Source of the DNA: Escherichia phage vB_EcoM_PTE-Eco05
Direction: 5' to 3' (one strand)
Sequence record: PQ306573.1
Length of the DNA stretch: 64,000 nt
In this document: piece after piece, positions 17,751 through 27,939 of the stretch
Layout of the letters: each line of letters starts with the position of its first letter
Position numbering within the stretch: the stretch's first letter is position 1
Translations under genes and position numbers: made by a program
Notes under the pieces: model-generated
Databases searched by the model: none
The model's input: the letters and a program-made list of their open reading frames with translations, nothing else
Told to the model about the DNA's origin: nothing

Positions 17751-18701
17751 ATGACACGTTCACATTACATTGAATACTTTGCCGGTCTTATCGCTAACGT
17801 TCATGCTCAGCGCGCTTCTGGTGCACTAGGATTTGATGTTCCACACCGAGATGTAGTAAGTGGTATTCTTCGCGATTTTGGTACATACACAGGCCAAGAA
17901 AATCATATCTGTAAAGATACTCAAAATGCATATTCTCATTCATTAGGGACACTGCTTCAATGGTTCAAACGTTCTCGTTTATTATCTTCTACTGTAGCTC
18001 GTGATAACATCAAAAACTTTATGAAGCCGAGCTTTATTAAATCTGTGACATCTAAAACCGATTTGGTTGAATTCACTATTGTTAATGATGTTAAAAAGAC
18101 TCATTTGGCTGATTGGTTATCTACCATTCCTGAAACTAAATTTGCTGATAAATTTGCTTGTGAATTCAATAACCAAGTGAATATGCTTTTTAAACATTCT
18201 CGTAAATTATTCACAGGTGGCGATGGTCGTACAAATAAAGTTCATGTTAAAGATTGGGTTACTGCAGTATTCAAACCAACTGGTAATGGTAACGCATCAT
18301 TGTCAATTGATATCCAGGTTCCTTATTACTACTCACGTAATCTCGGTACCATGAAAGCTGAAGAAATTAATAAGCATAACAAAACCGTTCGTTCGTTGTC
18401 TTATAAACTTATTACATTGTTAGAGACTATGGATGTTGTTGAAACGTTCGACGAATCCGAAGATAACGGTTCAATGTTATACAGTTCTCGTACCCGAATT
18501 AAGCTGAAGTCCCCTAACGAGTATAAGCCTAAGCCTATTAAAGAGCCTAAAGCAGAAAAAGTTGATAACTTAAGAGAAGAACGCGAATATCTCAAATCTC
18601 GTCTGAAAGAAGTCGAAGCCCAGATTGCAGAACAAACTAAATCGTTAAAAGCTCTGAATGCGAAAGCGGATGGTTTACGAAATGCCATTGAGGTTTTATA
18701 A
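17751..18701 (+). CDS. hypothetical protein with C-terminal coiled coil
   Basis: 316-aa ORF. Confidence 0.55.
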   Translation: MTRSHYIEYFAGLIANVHAQRASGALGFDVPHRDVVSGILRDFGTYTGQENHICKDTQNAYSHSLGTLLQWFKRSRLLSSTVARDNIKNFMKPSFIKSVTSKTDLVEFTIVNDVKKTHLADWLSTIPETKFADKFACEFNNQVNMLFKHSRKLFTGGDGRTNKVHVKDWVTAVFKPTGNGNASLSIDIQVPYYYSRNLGTMKAEEINKHNKTVRSLSYKLITLLETMDVVETFDESEDNGSMLYSSRTRIKLKSPNEYKPKPIKEPKAEKVDNLREEREYLKSRLKEVEAQIAEQTKSLKALNAKADGLRNAIEVL

Positions 18702-19006
18702 TGAAACTACGTCTTTTAGAGGATATTGATATGAACACTAATCACAGCTTGGTTAAGTTTATTGACGATAGTTCAAAGATTGAATTTGTTCAGCGAGATA
18801 AAATCCACGGTGAAGAGGAGTTCGTTCCTCCAGCATGGAACGAAATCATGAAAATGGTTGAACGACGTGAAAATGCTGCCAAATCGGCAGCAAAACATCC
18901 ATGTCCGGAATGTGGAACTATCCAAGTCCAACTGGTTAACTGGACCACTGATAACTTGAAATTGAAATGCCGTAAATGCTTCCACAAATTTGAGAGAACA
19001 TTATAA
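18701..19006 (+). CDS. small zinc-ribbon protein
   Basis: CPECG...CRKC. Confidence 0.5.
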   Translation: MKLRLLEDIDMNTNHSLVKFIDDSSKIEFVQRDKIHGEEEFVPPAWNEIMKMVERRENAAKSAAKHPCPECGTIQVQLVNWTTDNLKLKCRKCFHKFERTL

Positions 19007-19419
19007 TGAGATATAGCCTTCGTTGTTTTATTGCAGCTTTAGTTTTTGCCATCATTCCATTTATTTGGAACAACCAGAATACTTACATGGAAACTAAAGT
19101 AATTCCTGTGGAGGTAGTGGAATTAATTTCAGGTCAATCTACAGGAAAATATTCTAAATTAGAATTTATTGCCGTCTATAAAGATGAGCAAGGACGAGTT
19201 TTTGACAGGCGTGTATCACCTTCGTTTTATACGCTTCTGAATAAAGGTGATACGATAGCTATAGAAATTCGTGAGATGGATATCAAACAAACTACTAAAG
19301 ATAACCTGATTTGGTTCTTTGGTACGGTGTTGATGTTCTCTATCTGTATCACAGGTTTTATTACATGTATTGTATTTGGTGTTGCATATTTAATCGATGA
19401 AAGGAAAAATAATGTTTAA
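19006..19419 (+). CDS. membrane protein
   Basis: hydrophobic N- and C-terminal segments. Confidence 0.5.
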   Translation: MRYSLRCFIAALVFAIIPFIWNNQNTYMETKVIPVEVVELISGQSTGKYSKLEFIAVYKDEQGRVFDRRVSPSFYTLLNKGDTIAIEIREMDIKQTTKDNLIWFFGTVLMFSICITGFITCIVFGVAYLIDERKNNV

Positions 19420-19675
19420 AGTGTACGGGTATGACTCTACTATTCATAAATGCATTTATTGTGATAATGCGAAACGATTGCTGACTGTTAAGAAACAGCC
19501 ATTCGAATTCATTAATGTTATGCCAGAAAAAGGTGTGTTCGATGATGAGAAAATTGCTGAGCTTCTGGTTAAGCTTGGACGTGAATCACAAGTCGGATTG
19601 ACTATGCCTCAAGTGTTTGCTCCTGACGGAAGTCATATTGGTGGTTTTAATGAATTGCGAGAATATTTTAAATGA
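19412..19675 (+). CDS. nrdC: thioredoxin/glutaredoxin
   Basis: MFKVYGYDSTIHKCIYCDNAKRLL... near-identical to T4 NrdC; CxxC. Confidence 0.93.
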   Translation: MFKVYGYDSTIHKCIYCDNAKRLLTVKKQPFEFINVMPEKGVFDDEKIAELLVKLGRESQVGLTMPQVFAPDGSHIGGFNELREYFK

Positions 19676-20007
19676 ACGATATTGATTTCGCCAAAGCATA
19701 TAAATTTGTAGCAACTCTTCTCGGCCCTGACGCTCCTACTAAGCTTGAAGTTTTAAATTCTATTCCGACTTCATTGGTTCGAGATGCTGAAATATGGACA
19801 TGGGACGACCCGGCTGTTTGTGAAGACCTGTACATTCTGATGAATGACATGATGGTTAAAAAGCCTGAAACAATGGTTACCATTACCGTTGAAGAATATA
19901 ATCGCCTGCAAGCCATTGAAGAGCTTCTGTGGAACATTGAATCGGCTTTGCCATCCGGACTAGAATCCTGGATTGATTATGAAGAGCTCAATAAGCTCCG
20001 CGGTTAA
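19672..20007 (+). CDS. hypothetical acidic protein
   Basis: 111-aa ORF. Confidence 0.5.
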   Translation: MNDIDFAKAYKFVATLLGPDAPTKLEVLNSIPTSLVRDAEIWTWDDPAVCEDLYILMNDMMVKKPETMVTITVEEYNRLQAIEELLWNIESALPSGLESWIDYEELNKLRG

Positions 20008-20308
20008 ACCGTGGTATTCGGCTCGATGGGAGACTGTCGAGCCAGACGTCGAAACGGTTTACAACGACGAAGAACCATGTTATGATGAACCTTCAATAAA
20101 TGAATTAATTGATATGGAAATGGGAAGAGATTATTATGCAAGTTAAATTACTGTACCGTTTATTAAAAAATGGCAAACATGATTGGTATTTGCTTATTAA
20201 AACCGATCCGAATTTTTTCTCTGGACAACCATTTACAGTTCGTCCTACTAAACGTCAGCTTCGCAAAGCTAAACGTTCTCATCGTAACTTTTATAACGTT
20301 TACTAAAT

Positions 20309-20340
20309 TATAAATACCCTTATCTATTTAAGGTAAGGGT
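20309..20340 (+). promoter_or_regulatory. late promoter TATAAATA plus 7-bp hairpin occluding the gene 49 RBS
   Basis: TATAAATA at 20309-20316; ACCCTTA (20316-20322) pairs TAAGGGT (20334-20340). Confidence 0.55.
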
Positions 20341-20345
20341 TTATC

Positions 20346-20819
20346 ATGCTATTATCAGGCGCAAAATATAAAGAAGAAAAACAAAAATTTTATGATGCAC
20401 AGAATGGTAAGTGTCCTATTTGCCGCCGTGAATTAGACCCTGATGTTCAAGGTAACCATCTTGACCACGACCACGAATTAAACGGGCCAAAAGCCGGTAG
20501 AGTTCGTGGATTACTCTGTAATCTGTGCAATGCAGCAGAAGGCCAAATGAAGCATAAGTTTAATCGTTCCGGACTTAAAGGACGTGATGTCGACTACCTC
20601 GAATGGCTTGAAGCTCTTCTTGCTTATTTGAAACAAGATTATTCTGATAATAATATCCATCCTAATTTTGTTCCAGACAAAACTAAAGAGTTCTCAAGAC
20701 TAGGTAAAGAGGAAATGATGGCTGAGATGCTTCAAAGAGGATTTGAATATAATGAATCTGATACTAAAACACAATTAATAGCTTCATTCAAAAAGCAGCT
20801 TAGAAAGAGTTTAAAATGA
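20346..20819 (+). CDS. 49: endonuclease VII (Holliday junction resolvase)
   Basis: 157 aa near-identical to T4 gp49 (CPICRRELDP...HDHELNGPKAG). Confidence 0.95.
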   Translation: MLLSGAKYKEEKQKFYDAQNGKCPICRRELDPDVQGNHLDHDHELNGPKAGRVRGLLCNLCNAAEGQMKHKFNRSGLKGRDVDYLEWLEALLAYLKQDYSDNNIHPNFVPDKTKEFSRLGKEEMMAEMLQRGFEYNESDTKTQLIASFKKQLRKSLK

Positions 20820-22633
20820 AAATTGAAAAAGAAATTGAAGGACTGATTCATAAAACTAATAAAGACCTTTTAAACGAGAATGCTAATAAAGATTCTCGTG
20901 TTTTTCCAACTCAACGGGACCTTATGGCTGGTATTGTGTCTAAGCACATTGCCAAAAATATGGTCCCGTCTTTTATTATGAATGCGCATGAAAGCGGAAT
21001 CATTCACATGCATGATATTGATTATTCTCCTGCTCTTCCATTTACTAATTGTTGTTTAGTAGATTTAAAAGGAATGCTTGAGAATGGATTTAAATTAGGC
21101 AATGCTCAAATTGAAACGCCTAAATCGATTGGTGTTGCTACTGCAATTATGGCACAAATTACTGCACAAGTTGCTTCACACCAGTATGGCGGAACTACAT
21201 TTGCGAATGTAGATAAAGTACTTTCTCCTTATGTTAAACGCACCTATGCAAAACATATTGAGGATGCAGAAAAATGGCAAATCGCTGATGCGTTGAATTA
21301 TGCTCAATCTAAAACAGAAAAAGACGTATACGATGCATTCCAAGCTTACGAATATGAAGTAAATACTCTCTTTAGTTCAAACGGGCAAACACCTTTTGTA
21401 ACAATTACATTTGGTACAGGAACTGACTGGACTGAACGAATGATTCAGAAAGCAATTCTGAAAAATCGTATTAAAGGTCTTGGTCGTGATGGGATAACTC
21501 CTATTTTTCCTAAACTTGTTATGTTTGTTGAAGAAGGTGTTAATCTTTATAAAGATGATCCGAACTATGATATTAAACAACTTGCGTTAGAATGTGCAAG
21601 CAAAAGAATGTATCCTGACATTATTTCGGTTAAGAATAATAAAGCTATTACCGGTTCTTCAGTTCCTGTTTCTCCGATGGGTTGTCGTAGTTTCTTGAGC
21701 GTATGGAAAGATTCGACTGGTAATGAAATTCTTGATGGACGTAATAATCTTGGTGTTGTAACACTGAATCTTCCTCGCATCGCGTTAGATTCTTATATTG
21801 GAACACAGTTCAATGAACAGAAATTTGTTGAGCTATTTAACGAACGAATGGACCTGTGTTTTGAAGCCTTGATGTGTAGAATTAGTTCTTTAAAGGGTGT
21901 TAAAGCTACTGTTGCTCCTATTCTTTACCAAGAAGGTGCATTCGGTGTTCGTCTTAAACCCGATGACGATATAATTGAGTTATTTAAAAACGGTAGAAGT
22001 TCAGTTTCCCTAGGATACATTGGTATTCACGAATTGAATATTCTTGTCGGTCGTGATATTGGACGAGAAATTTTGACTAAAATGAATGCTCATCTTAAAC
22101 AGTGGACTGAAAGAACTGGATTTGCTTTTAGTTTATATTCTACTCCTGCTGAAAACCTTTGTTATCGCTTCTGTAAACTTGATACAGAAAAATATGGAAG
22201 CGTAAAAGATGTTACCGATAAAGGTTGGTACACTAATAGTTTCCATGTTTCAGTAGAAGAAAATATTACTCCGTTTGAAAAGATTTCTCGTGAAGCACCA
22301 TATCATTTCATTGCGACCGGCGGTCACATTTCTTATGTTGAACTTCCTGATATGAAAAATAACTTAAAGGGCCTTGAGGCTGTATGGGATTATGCTGCAC
22401 AACATTTAGATTATTTTGGTGTTAACATGCCGGTAGATAAATGTTTTACATGTGGAAGTACCCATGAAATGTCTCCTACCGAAAACGGATTTGTTTGTTC
22501 AGTTTGTGGAGAAAGTGATCCTAAAAAGATGAACACAATAAGAAGAACATGCGGATATCTTGGAACTCCTAGCGTTGTTCCATGGAATTTAGGTAAAATG
22601 AAAGAAATGGTAAAACGAGTAAAACATGCATAG
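20816..22633 (+). CDS. nrdD: anaerobic ribonucleoside-triphosphate reductase
   Basis: 605 aa; C-terminal Zn-ribbon and glycyl-radical motif RRTCGYLG; contiguous ORF, no intron. Confidence 0.95.
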   Translation: MKIEKEIEGLIHKTNKDLLNENANKDSRVFPTQRDLMAGIVSKHIAKNMVPSFIMNAHESGIIHMHDIDYSPALPFTNCCLVDLKGMLENGFKLGNAQIETPKSIGVATAIMAQITAQVASHQYGGTTFANVDKVLSPYVKRTYAKHIEDAEKWQIADALNYAQSKTEKDVYDAFQAYEYEVNTLFSSNGQTPFVTITFGTGTDWTERMIQKAILKNRIKGLGRDGITPIFPKLVMFVEEGVNLYKDDPNYDIKQLALECASKRMYPDIISVKNNKAITGSSVPVSPMGCRSFLSVWKDSTGNEILDGRNNLGVVTLNLPRIALDSYIGTQFNEQKFVELFNERMDLCFEALMCRISSLKGVKATVAPILYQEGAFGVRLKPDDDIIELFKNGRSSVSLGYIGIHELNILVGRDIGREILTKMNAHLKQWTERTGFAFSLYSTPAENLCYRFCKLDTEKYGSVKDVTDKGWYTNSFHVSVEENITPFEKISREAPYHFIATGGHISYVELPDMKNNLKGLEAVWDYAAQHLDYFGVNMPVDKCFTCGSTHEMSPTENGFVCSVCGESDPKKMNTIRRTCGYLGTPSVVPWNLGKMKEMVKRVKHA

Positions 22634-23456
22634 GTATTATATAATTTATAAAATAACAAATATAATTAATTCAAAGGAATATATCGGTGCTATGCGCACC
22701 GATAACATAAATGATGGTTATATGGGGTCAGGAACATTGATTCGTGCCGCTTTATTAAAATATGGTAGAAAAAATTTTAATAAAGAAATTTTACATGTTT
22801 TTGATAATGAAAAACAAATGTATGATAAAGAAGCTGAACTTGTAACCGAAGAGTATTGTCTAAAAGAAAATACATATAATATTAAACCTGGTGGAAAAGG
22901 TGGAACTGCCTATGAACAGACACTTGAACATCGCCGTAAAAATAGTTTAGCAAATAAAGGTAAAAAGAGAACAGAAGAAACTAAAATAGCTATTTCACGT
23001 GCTTTAAAGAAATATAAACGTACGCCAGAGCATCAAGCAAATTTAAATAAAGCCGTAAGCATAGCTATGAAGCGAAAAGATGTTAGAAGTAAATTAGCTG
23101 GAGAGCGGTCTGAGAAAGATAAATTATCTATATCAAACGGTGTTAAAAAATATTACAATTCTTTGAGTGAAGAAGAACGCGAACTTCATCGCAAGCGAAT
23201 TATTGAAGGTAAAAAGAATTCTCCCATGTCATTGGAATCTAGACAAAAGCTTTCAAAAGCTTTAAAAGGGCTTCAAGTTGGTTCAAAAAATCCAATGTAT
23301 GGAAAAATTTCTCCAACTAGCAAAACCGTTTCAGTTGACGGTATTAAATATGATTCAATTAAAAAGTGCTCAAATGCCATAAAAGTTTCTAGACATCTTA
23401 TACTAAAACGCTGTAATTCTACTGATGAAGCTTGGAAAAATTGGATATTATTATGA
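22626..23456 (+). mobile_element. free-standing GIY-YIG homing endonuclease gene (seg/mob-like)
   Basis: YIIYKITNIINSKEYIG GIY-YIG motif; basic C-terminal repeats; overlaps nrdD stop and nrdG start. Confidence 0.85.
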
Positions 23457-23923
23457 ATTATGACAGAATATACCCGTGCTGCTTTGTTAATGGTCCTGGA
23501 TGCAGGACAGTTCTTTTCGTTACAGGTTGTTTGCATAAATGCGAAGGGTGTTATAATAAATCAACATGGAATGCTAGAAATGGTGTTCCATTCACTAGTG
23601 AAACACTAGAACAATTGATTGAATGTTTGAATAATGATTATATAGAAGGATTAACTATAACCGGAGGAGACCCTCTCTATCCTGATAACCGAGATGTTAT
23701 TCATCGCATTGCTCAAACAGTAAAAAATCTTTATCCCAATAAAAGCATTTGGATGTGGACAGGATATAAGTTTGAAGATATTAAACAACTAGAAATGCTT
23801 AAATATGTTGATGTTATTATTGATGGGAAGTATGAGAAAAATCTTCCGACTAAAAAGCTGTGGCGAGGATCAGATAATCAGCGACTTTGGTCAAATACCG
23901 ATGGGGTGTGGAAACATGATTAA
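23453..23923 (+). CDS. nrdG: anaerobic RNR activating enzyme (radical SAM)
   Basis: MNYDRIYP...GCLHKCEGCYN close to T4 NrdG. Confidence 0.92.
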   Translation: MNYDRIYPCCFVNGPGCRTVLFVTGCLHKCEGCYNKSTWNARNGVPFTSETLEQLIECLNNDYIEGLTITGGDPLYPDNRDVIHRIAQTVKNLYPNKSIWMWTGYKFEDIKQLEMLKYVDVIIDGKYEKNLPTKKLWRGSDNQRLWSNTDGVWKHD

Positions 23924-24033
23924 ATTGAATTACATTATGGATACTATAAATGATATGATTTTTCGTTTTGGTCCAGAATTTTATTCGCAATATAGTTTAG
24001 TGCTTATCAATGCTTAGTTAATTAAGGGCAAAT

Positions 24034-24246
24034 ATGTATAAATTTCGTAAAGGTTTAGCTGATTTTCTTACAACTGTAACGTTCTTTTTGTTTATGGCAG
24101 TTGGAGCTATTTTTCTTATTCCTTTTACTGGTGTATTTTTCGTGATTAGTTTAATTTCTCCGGAAAAGGGTTTATCCTCCAGCGAATTCAATGAACGTTT
24201 GGACAAAATTACTAATAAACTGAATTCTGTTCTTGGCAAGGAATAA
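24034..24246 (+). CDS. small membrane protein
   Basis: 70 aa, two hydrophobic helices. Confidence 0.45.
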   Translation: MYKFRKGLADFLTTVTFFLFMAVGAIFLIPFTGVFFVISLISPEKGLSSSEFNERLDKITNKLNSVLGKE

Positions 24247-24248
24247 TT

Positions 24249-24557
24249 GTGGAACACAACAAGATTGAAATTTATGGCATCCCTGAAGAAGTTGGACGTT
24301 GTCCAGGATGTTATACTGTTACAAAACTTTTAAAGGAGCTCAATGCTCCTTATACATTTTATAAAGTCCTCACTAATAATGGTAAGATTGAATACGACCG
24401 TCCTTTAATCGTATCTCTTGCTAAACGTGCAGGATTCACTTCACTTAATATTCGTTATCCTGTCATATTTTTAAATGATAAGAAACAAAAGAATATTGCA
24501 GAGTTTAAAAAGTCCTTGATTTCATTAGGATATGACTCTGATATCATAGAAGATTGA
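24249..24557 (+). CDS. nrdH: glutaredoxin-like protein (NrdH-like)
   Basis: GTG start; CPGC redox motif near N-terminus; position downstream of nrdG as in T4. Confidence 0.55.
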   Translation: MEHNKIEIYGIPEEVGRCPGCYTVTKLLKELNAPYTFYKVLTNNGKIEYDRPLIVSLAKRAGFTSLNIRYPVIFLNDKKQKNIAEFKKSLISLGYDSDIIED

Positions 24558-24580
24558 CCAGGTGCCGCCTGGTCTTCTTT
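24556..24580 (+). terminator. rho-independent terminator
   Basis: GACCAGG-TGCCG-CCTGGTC followed by TTCTTT. Confidence 0.5.
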
Positions 24581-24724
24581 ATCTCATTTCTAATATAATC
24601 CATTGGAATCTTCACTTCACTATCTCCTTGGGCCCCTCTCAAATAAAAAATATTTTCATAAAACAGTTTTACATCCTCAATAGATGTGTTAAGATTAACA
24701 CCATCTACCGCAGAGGAAAACAAA

Positions 24725-24973
24725 ATGATTAGTCTGAATTCGAAGAAAGTTGTTCTATCTCTTAATGTAAATAACGAACGTCCGATATTCATTACCATTT
24801 CCGATTTGAACGTTGAAATTGCTAATGGCATCCGTACTTATCAAACGTCTAAAACACATTGGGACTATATCCCGATGTTGACGCTTACTCAGCGTTTAGA
24901 AGCAATTGGCCTTAAAGACCTTTCAGTAAGTGAAGTGAATTTTATCAAACGCGTTGTATCAATCAACCTCTGA
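24725..24973 (+). CDS. hypothetical protein
   Basis: 82 aa from ATG 24725. Confidence 0.4.
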   Translation: MISLNSKKVVLSLNVNNERPIFITISDLNVEIANGIRTYQTSKTHWDYIPMLTLTQRLEAIGLKDLSVSEVNFIKRVVSINL

Positions 24974-24980
24974 GGTAGCT

Positions 24981-25274
24981 ATGGGTAAAACATATCGTCG
25001 TAAAGATTTGAAAGTTCGCGATTATGACTATTTTGGTAAGCGTAAAGCTCCTGACGGTGTTAGCCACAAAGACATGGTTGAAAACATTTTCCGCTCAGAT
25101 AAATGGAAACGTATGAAAGGCGTTGATTCTGAAGTCAAGAATGAAATGAATCGACAACTCCGCAAAGAAGTTCGTAAGTTGAAAAAAGATGTTTACAGTA
25201 AAGAAGAGTATGATTATAATACTTCTCATACTGAAGCCAAACGTAAAGCTAACGAATGTTATCGTTACAGTTGA
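24981..25274 (+). CDS. hypothetical basic protein
   Basis: ATG 24981 after GAGG. Confidence 0.45.
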   Translation: MGKTYRRKDLKVRDYDYFGKRKAPDGVSHKDMVENIFRSDKWKRMKGVDSEVKNEMNRQLRKEVRKLKKDVYSKEEYDYNTSHTEAKRKANECYRYS

Positions 25275-25412
25275 GGAAATTATGAATATCAAACGAATGC
25301 TTTTTAAGAAGGGATTATACACTTTAAATGTTAATCCAAAGGGTGATACAACTAAATGGTCTGTAAATGACTGAATTAAGTTCATCGATGAAAATGGGGC
25401 CTGGGACACAAA

Positions 25413-25613
25413 ATGAATCCTGAATCTATGTTATCGCAAAAGCTTCGTGAAGAACGTGCCGAATTCTTTGCCAATATGAAACTCAACGGCGTTGAGGATG
25501 AAGACTTCTTACGCTGGTTCTGGATTTACAAATACAAAGAATGCCAGCACGCTGTACTACTGACTTGTGCAGTTATGTACGAAGGCTGGAAAGGCGCTAA
25601 AAAGTTCGGATAA
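25413..25613 (+). CDS. hypothetical protein
   Basis: 66-aa ORF. Confidence 0.45.
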   Translation: MNPESMLSQKLREERAEFFANMKLNGVEDEDFLRWFWIYKYKECQHAVLLTCAVMYEGWKGAKKFG

Positions 25614-25682
25614 CGATTTACAAACTCTTGAGAGCAGAGTATAATGCTCTCATTGGATAATAAAATAACCGAGGAAAATAAT

Positions 25683-26015
25683 ATGTCTACTAAAATCAAA
25701 AACGTAGTTAATTCTTTCGCTTTCGATAAAGTTGTTGCTCTTCTGGAATCCGGCAATATTGTTACTCCTCAAGTTCTTGACGCATGGGAATTCCGTCTTT
25801 ATGAAATCATGCAAAAACACGACCAGAAAATTGGACGTAATTCTATTCGCGAAATTCTAGTACAATATATTCTTTCTGAATTTGACGTTGCTGCATTTGG
25901 TGTTGAATCTAAAGCTTATCAGAAACATGAAATCTCTGAAAAGACTATCCGTCGTATGAAAAATCAGCGTAAGAAAAAATTCGTTGACCTGAAAATTGTT
26001 AAGGCGGCAAAATGA
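25683..26015 (+). CDS. hypothetical protein
   Basis: ATG 25683 after GAGGA. Confidence 0.5.
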   Translation: MSTKIKNVVNSFAFDKVVALLESGNIVTPQVLDAWEFRLYEIMQKHDQKIGRNSIREILVQYILSEFDVAAFGVESKAYQKHEISEKTIRRMKNQRKKKFVDLKIVKAAK

Positions 26016-26239
26016 GCGTATTAACAGAAACTTTGATTAATGACCTGCGTCTAGCTGGTTACGAAGTTGGTACAAATAGCCTAGGTCTTCCTCAGATTGA
26101 AGGTCCTGGATTTATTCTTGAATATGAATTCAAACAATGGTGGTTATATGCTACGGTTGACGATGCGTTAAATATTGATTTTGTTGACCAATTTGATTCG
26201 TTGGATGCTGCCTTATTTGCAGCAAAGGAAATAGAATGA
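26012..26239 (+). CDS. hypothetical acidic protein
   Basis: 75-aa ORF. Confidence 0.5.
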   Translation: MSVLTETLINDLRLAGYEVGTNSLGLPQIEGPGFILEYEFKQWWLYATVDDALNIDFVDQFDSLDAALFAAKEIE

Positions 26240-26394
26240 AACTATCTTGAATCGCTATAACCGAAGAAAAGTTTGGTGAATTTTAAGTCGACAACTTTAT
26301 GAAAGTTACGTATCTTTGATAGTATCTCGTGCTTTAAGATAGGTCTCTAAATATTATGATATAATAGACCTATGAATTGAGCCAAGAGGTACTT

Positions 26395-26952
26395 ATGACT
26401 GAACAAAAACCTAAAAATAACTATGTGAATAATAAAGAGCTTCTCGCCGCTATAATCGAGTGGAAAAAGGAGCTCTTAAATAATAAAGACCCAAACAAAA
26501 TTATTCGTCAGAATGATACCATCGGTTTAGCAATTATGCTTATCGCCGAAGGCCTGTCCAAACGTTTCAACTTTTCAGGATATACCCAGTCTTGGAAGCA
26601 GGAGATGATTGCAGATGGGATTGAAGCCTCTATTAAGGGACTTCATAATTTCGACGAAACTAAGTATAATAACCCACATGCATACATAACTCGAGCTTGT
26701 TTTAATGCTTTTGTCCAACGTATCAAAAAAGAACGTAAGGAAGTTGCAAAGAAATATAGTTACTTCGTTCATAATGTCTACGACAGTCATGACGATGATA
26801 TGGTAGCGTTAGTAGATGAAACGTTTATTCAAGACATCTACGATAAAATGACGCATTATGAAGAATCCGCTTATAAAGCTCCTGGGGCTGAAAAGAAGGA
26901 AGTTGTTAGCGATTCGCCTAGTTTGGATTTTTTATATGAGGATGACAATTGA
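26395..26952 (+). CDS. 55: late-transcription sigma factor gp55
   Basis: [29 protein letters not shown]...[28 protein letters not shown] close to T4 gp55. Confidence 0.93.
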   Translation: MTEQKPKNNYVNNKELLAAIIEWKKELLNNKDPNKIIRQNDTIGLAIMLIAEGLSKRFNFSGYTQSWKQEMIADGIEASIKGLHNFDETKYNNPHAYITRACFNAFVQRIKKERKEVAKKYSYFVHNVYDSHDDDMVALVDETFIQDIYDKMTHYEESAYKAPGAEKKEVVSDSPSLDFLYEDDN

Positions 26953-27151
26953 CATCTCTAACTACTTAGAAGAACCTTTTGACGAAGCAATCCCTTATTT
27001 GGTAAAACTGTTGGGTCGTGAATTTAAAATTAATTTTGACATCGACCCTTTGAACCCACATGACGTGTCATTTTCGATAAATGGGACTCCGGTTGAGTAT
27101 GAGTTCTGTATTGAAGAGGATGGACGTTTTTATTTTAATTTAATGAGATAA
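26942..27151 (+). CDS. hypothetical protein
   Basis: 69 aa; start uncertain. Confidence 0.4.
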   Translation: MTIDISNYLEEPFDEAIPYLVKLLGREFKINFDIDPLNPHDVSFSINGTPVEYEFCIEEDGRFYFNLMR

Positions 27152-27152
27152 T

Positions 27153-27476
27153 ATGACTACCGAGATTATTGAAAATAAAGAAGCAGAAGATGCAGTAGCT
27201 AAAATGCTACAAGAAATCCAAAAGAAAAATGAAGCTGAAGCACGTAAAAAATCCGAAAAGATTCTTAAAAAGAATCGTTTTGAACTAAACCGTCTTTATG
27301 CTCATGCTCAAGAAGCAGCAATTCAAAACAACTTCGAAGCTTACGAATATGCTATTAAGAAATCTCGGGATATTCTACGACAACCATACAATGACAAGTT
27401 AATTAAAATCCAATGGGTTACTACTCGTCAGGCTATTGAGGACATCATTAATGGCGCTAGTTCAAACAAAGTTTAA
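27153..27476 (+). CDS. hypothetical protein
   Basis: 107-aa ORF between 55 and 47. Confidence 0.5.
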   Translation: MTTEIIENKEAEDAVAKMLQEIQKKNEAEARKKSEKILKKNRFELNRLYAHAQEAAIQNNFEAYEYAIKKSRDILRQPYNDKLIKIQWVTTRQAIEDIINGASSNKV

Positions 27477-27696
27477 ACGTCTGAAGCTGAACGCAGGGTT
27501 CACCCTTAAATTGGGAGGTCCTCTTTGTGTTAAAATTTCTGAAAAGGAATATCACGACGGTTCTATTACAGAAATTTGTCCGCCTATTGTAAAGGCAGAC
27601 CCAAAACAACTCGTGTGGGTCGATTCATTTCAAGTTAAGAAATGGTGGAAACGATGAGAGAAATTGATTTAGGCATTTTCTGAGAGGTGCTTATGC

Positions 27697-27869
27697 ATGA
27701 CGAACATCCCGACTTCTGAAAATTTCGATAAAATCCGTAAAGGCAAAGCAGAAAGAATGAGACGTTTTAAAGAGTCTTATGATAAAGCTAAAGCCGAAGG
27801 AACTATTACATACAAGCCCATTCGATTTAAAAGTTCAAATGAGCCTCTGTACGGTGTACTATGTGGATA
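27697..27869 (+). CDS. small basic protein (57 aa, below ORF-track cutoff)
   Basis: ATG 27697, stop 27867-27869, immediately followed by a terminator hairpin. Confidence 0.35.
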
Positions 27870-27893
27870 GGAACTCTTCGGAGTTCCTTTTTT
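27870..27893 (+). terminator. rho-independent terminator (UUCG tetraloop)
   Basis: GGAACTC-TTCG-GAGTTCC-TTTTTT. Confidence 0.6.
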
Positions 27894-27916
27894 GCTTTAT
27901 AAACGGATGATAGAAT
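27890..27916 (+). promoter_or_regulatory. MotA-box middle promoter
   Basis: TTTGCTTTA, 11 nt, TAGAAT. Confidence 0.5.
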
Positions 27917-27939
27917 GAATTAACTAATGAGGAAATAAT

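Noticed and set aside
20816-22633. Possible group I intron in nrdD, as in T4
   Set aside because: The reading frame is continuous for 605 aa with both the Zn-ribbon and glycyl-radical motifs in frame; no interruption seen.
26327-26365. MotA-box TGCTTTA upstream of gene 55
   Set aside because: The distance to the nearest TATAAT-like -10 (16-24 nt) does not fit middle-promoter geometry; promoter assignment left open.
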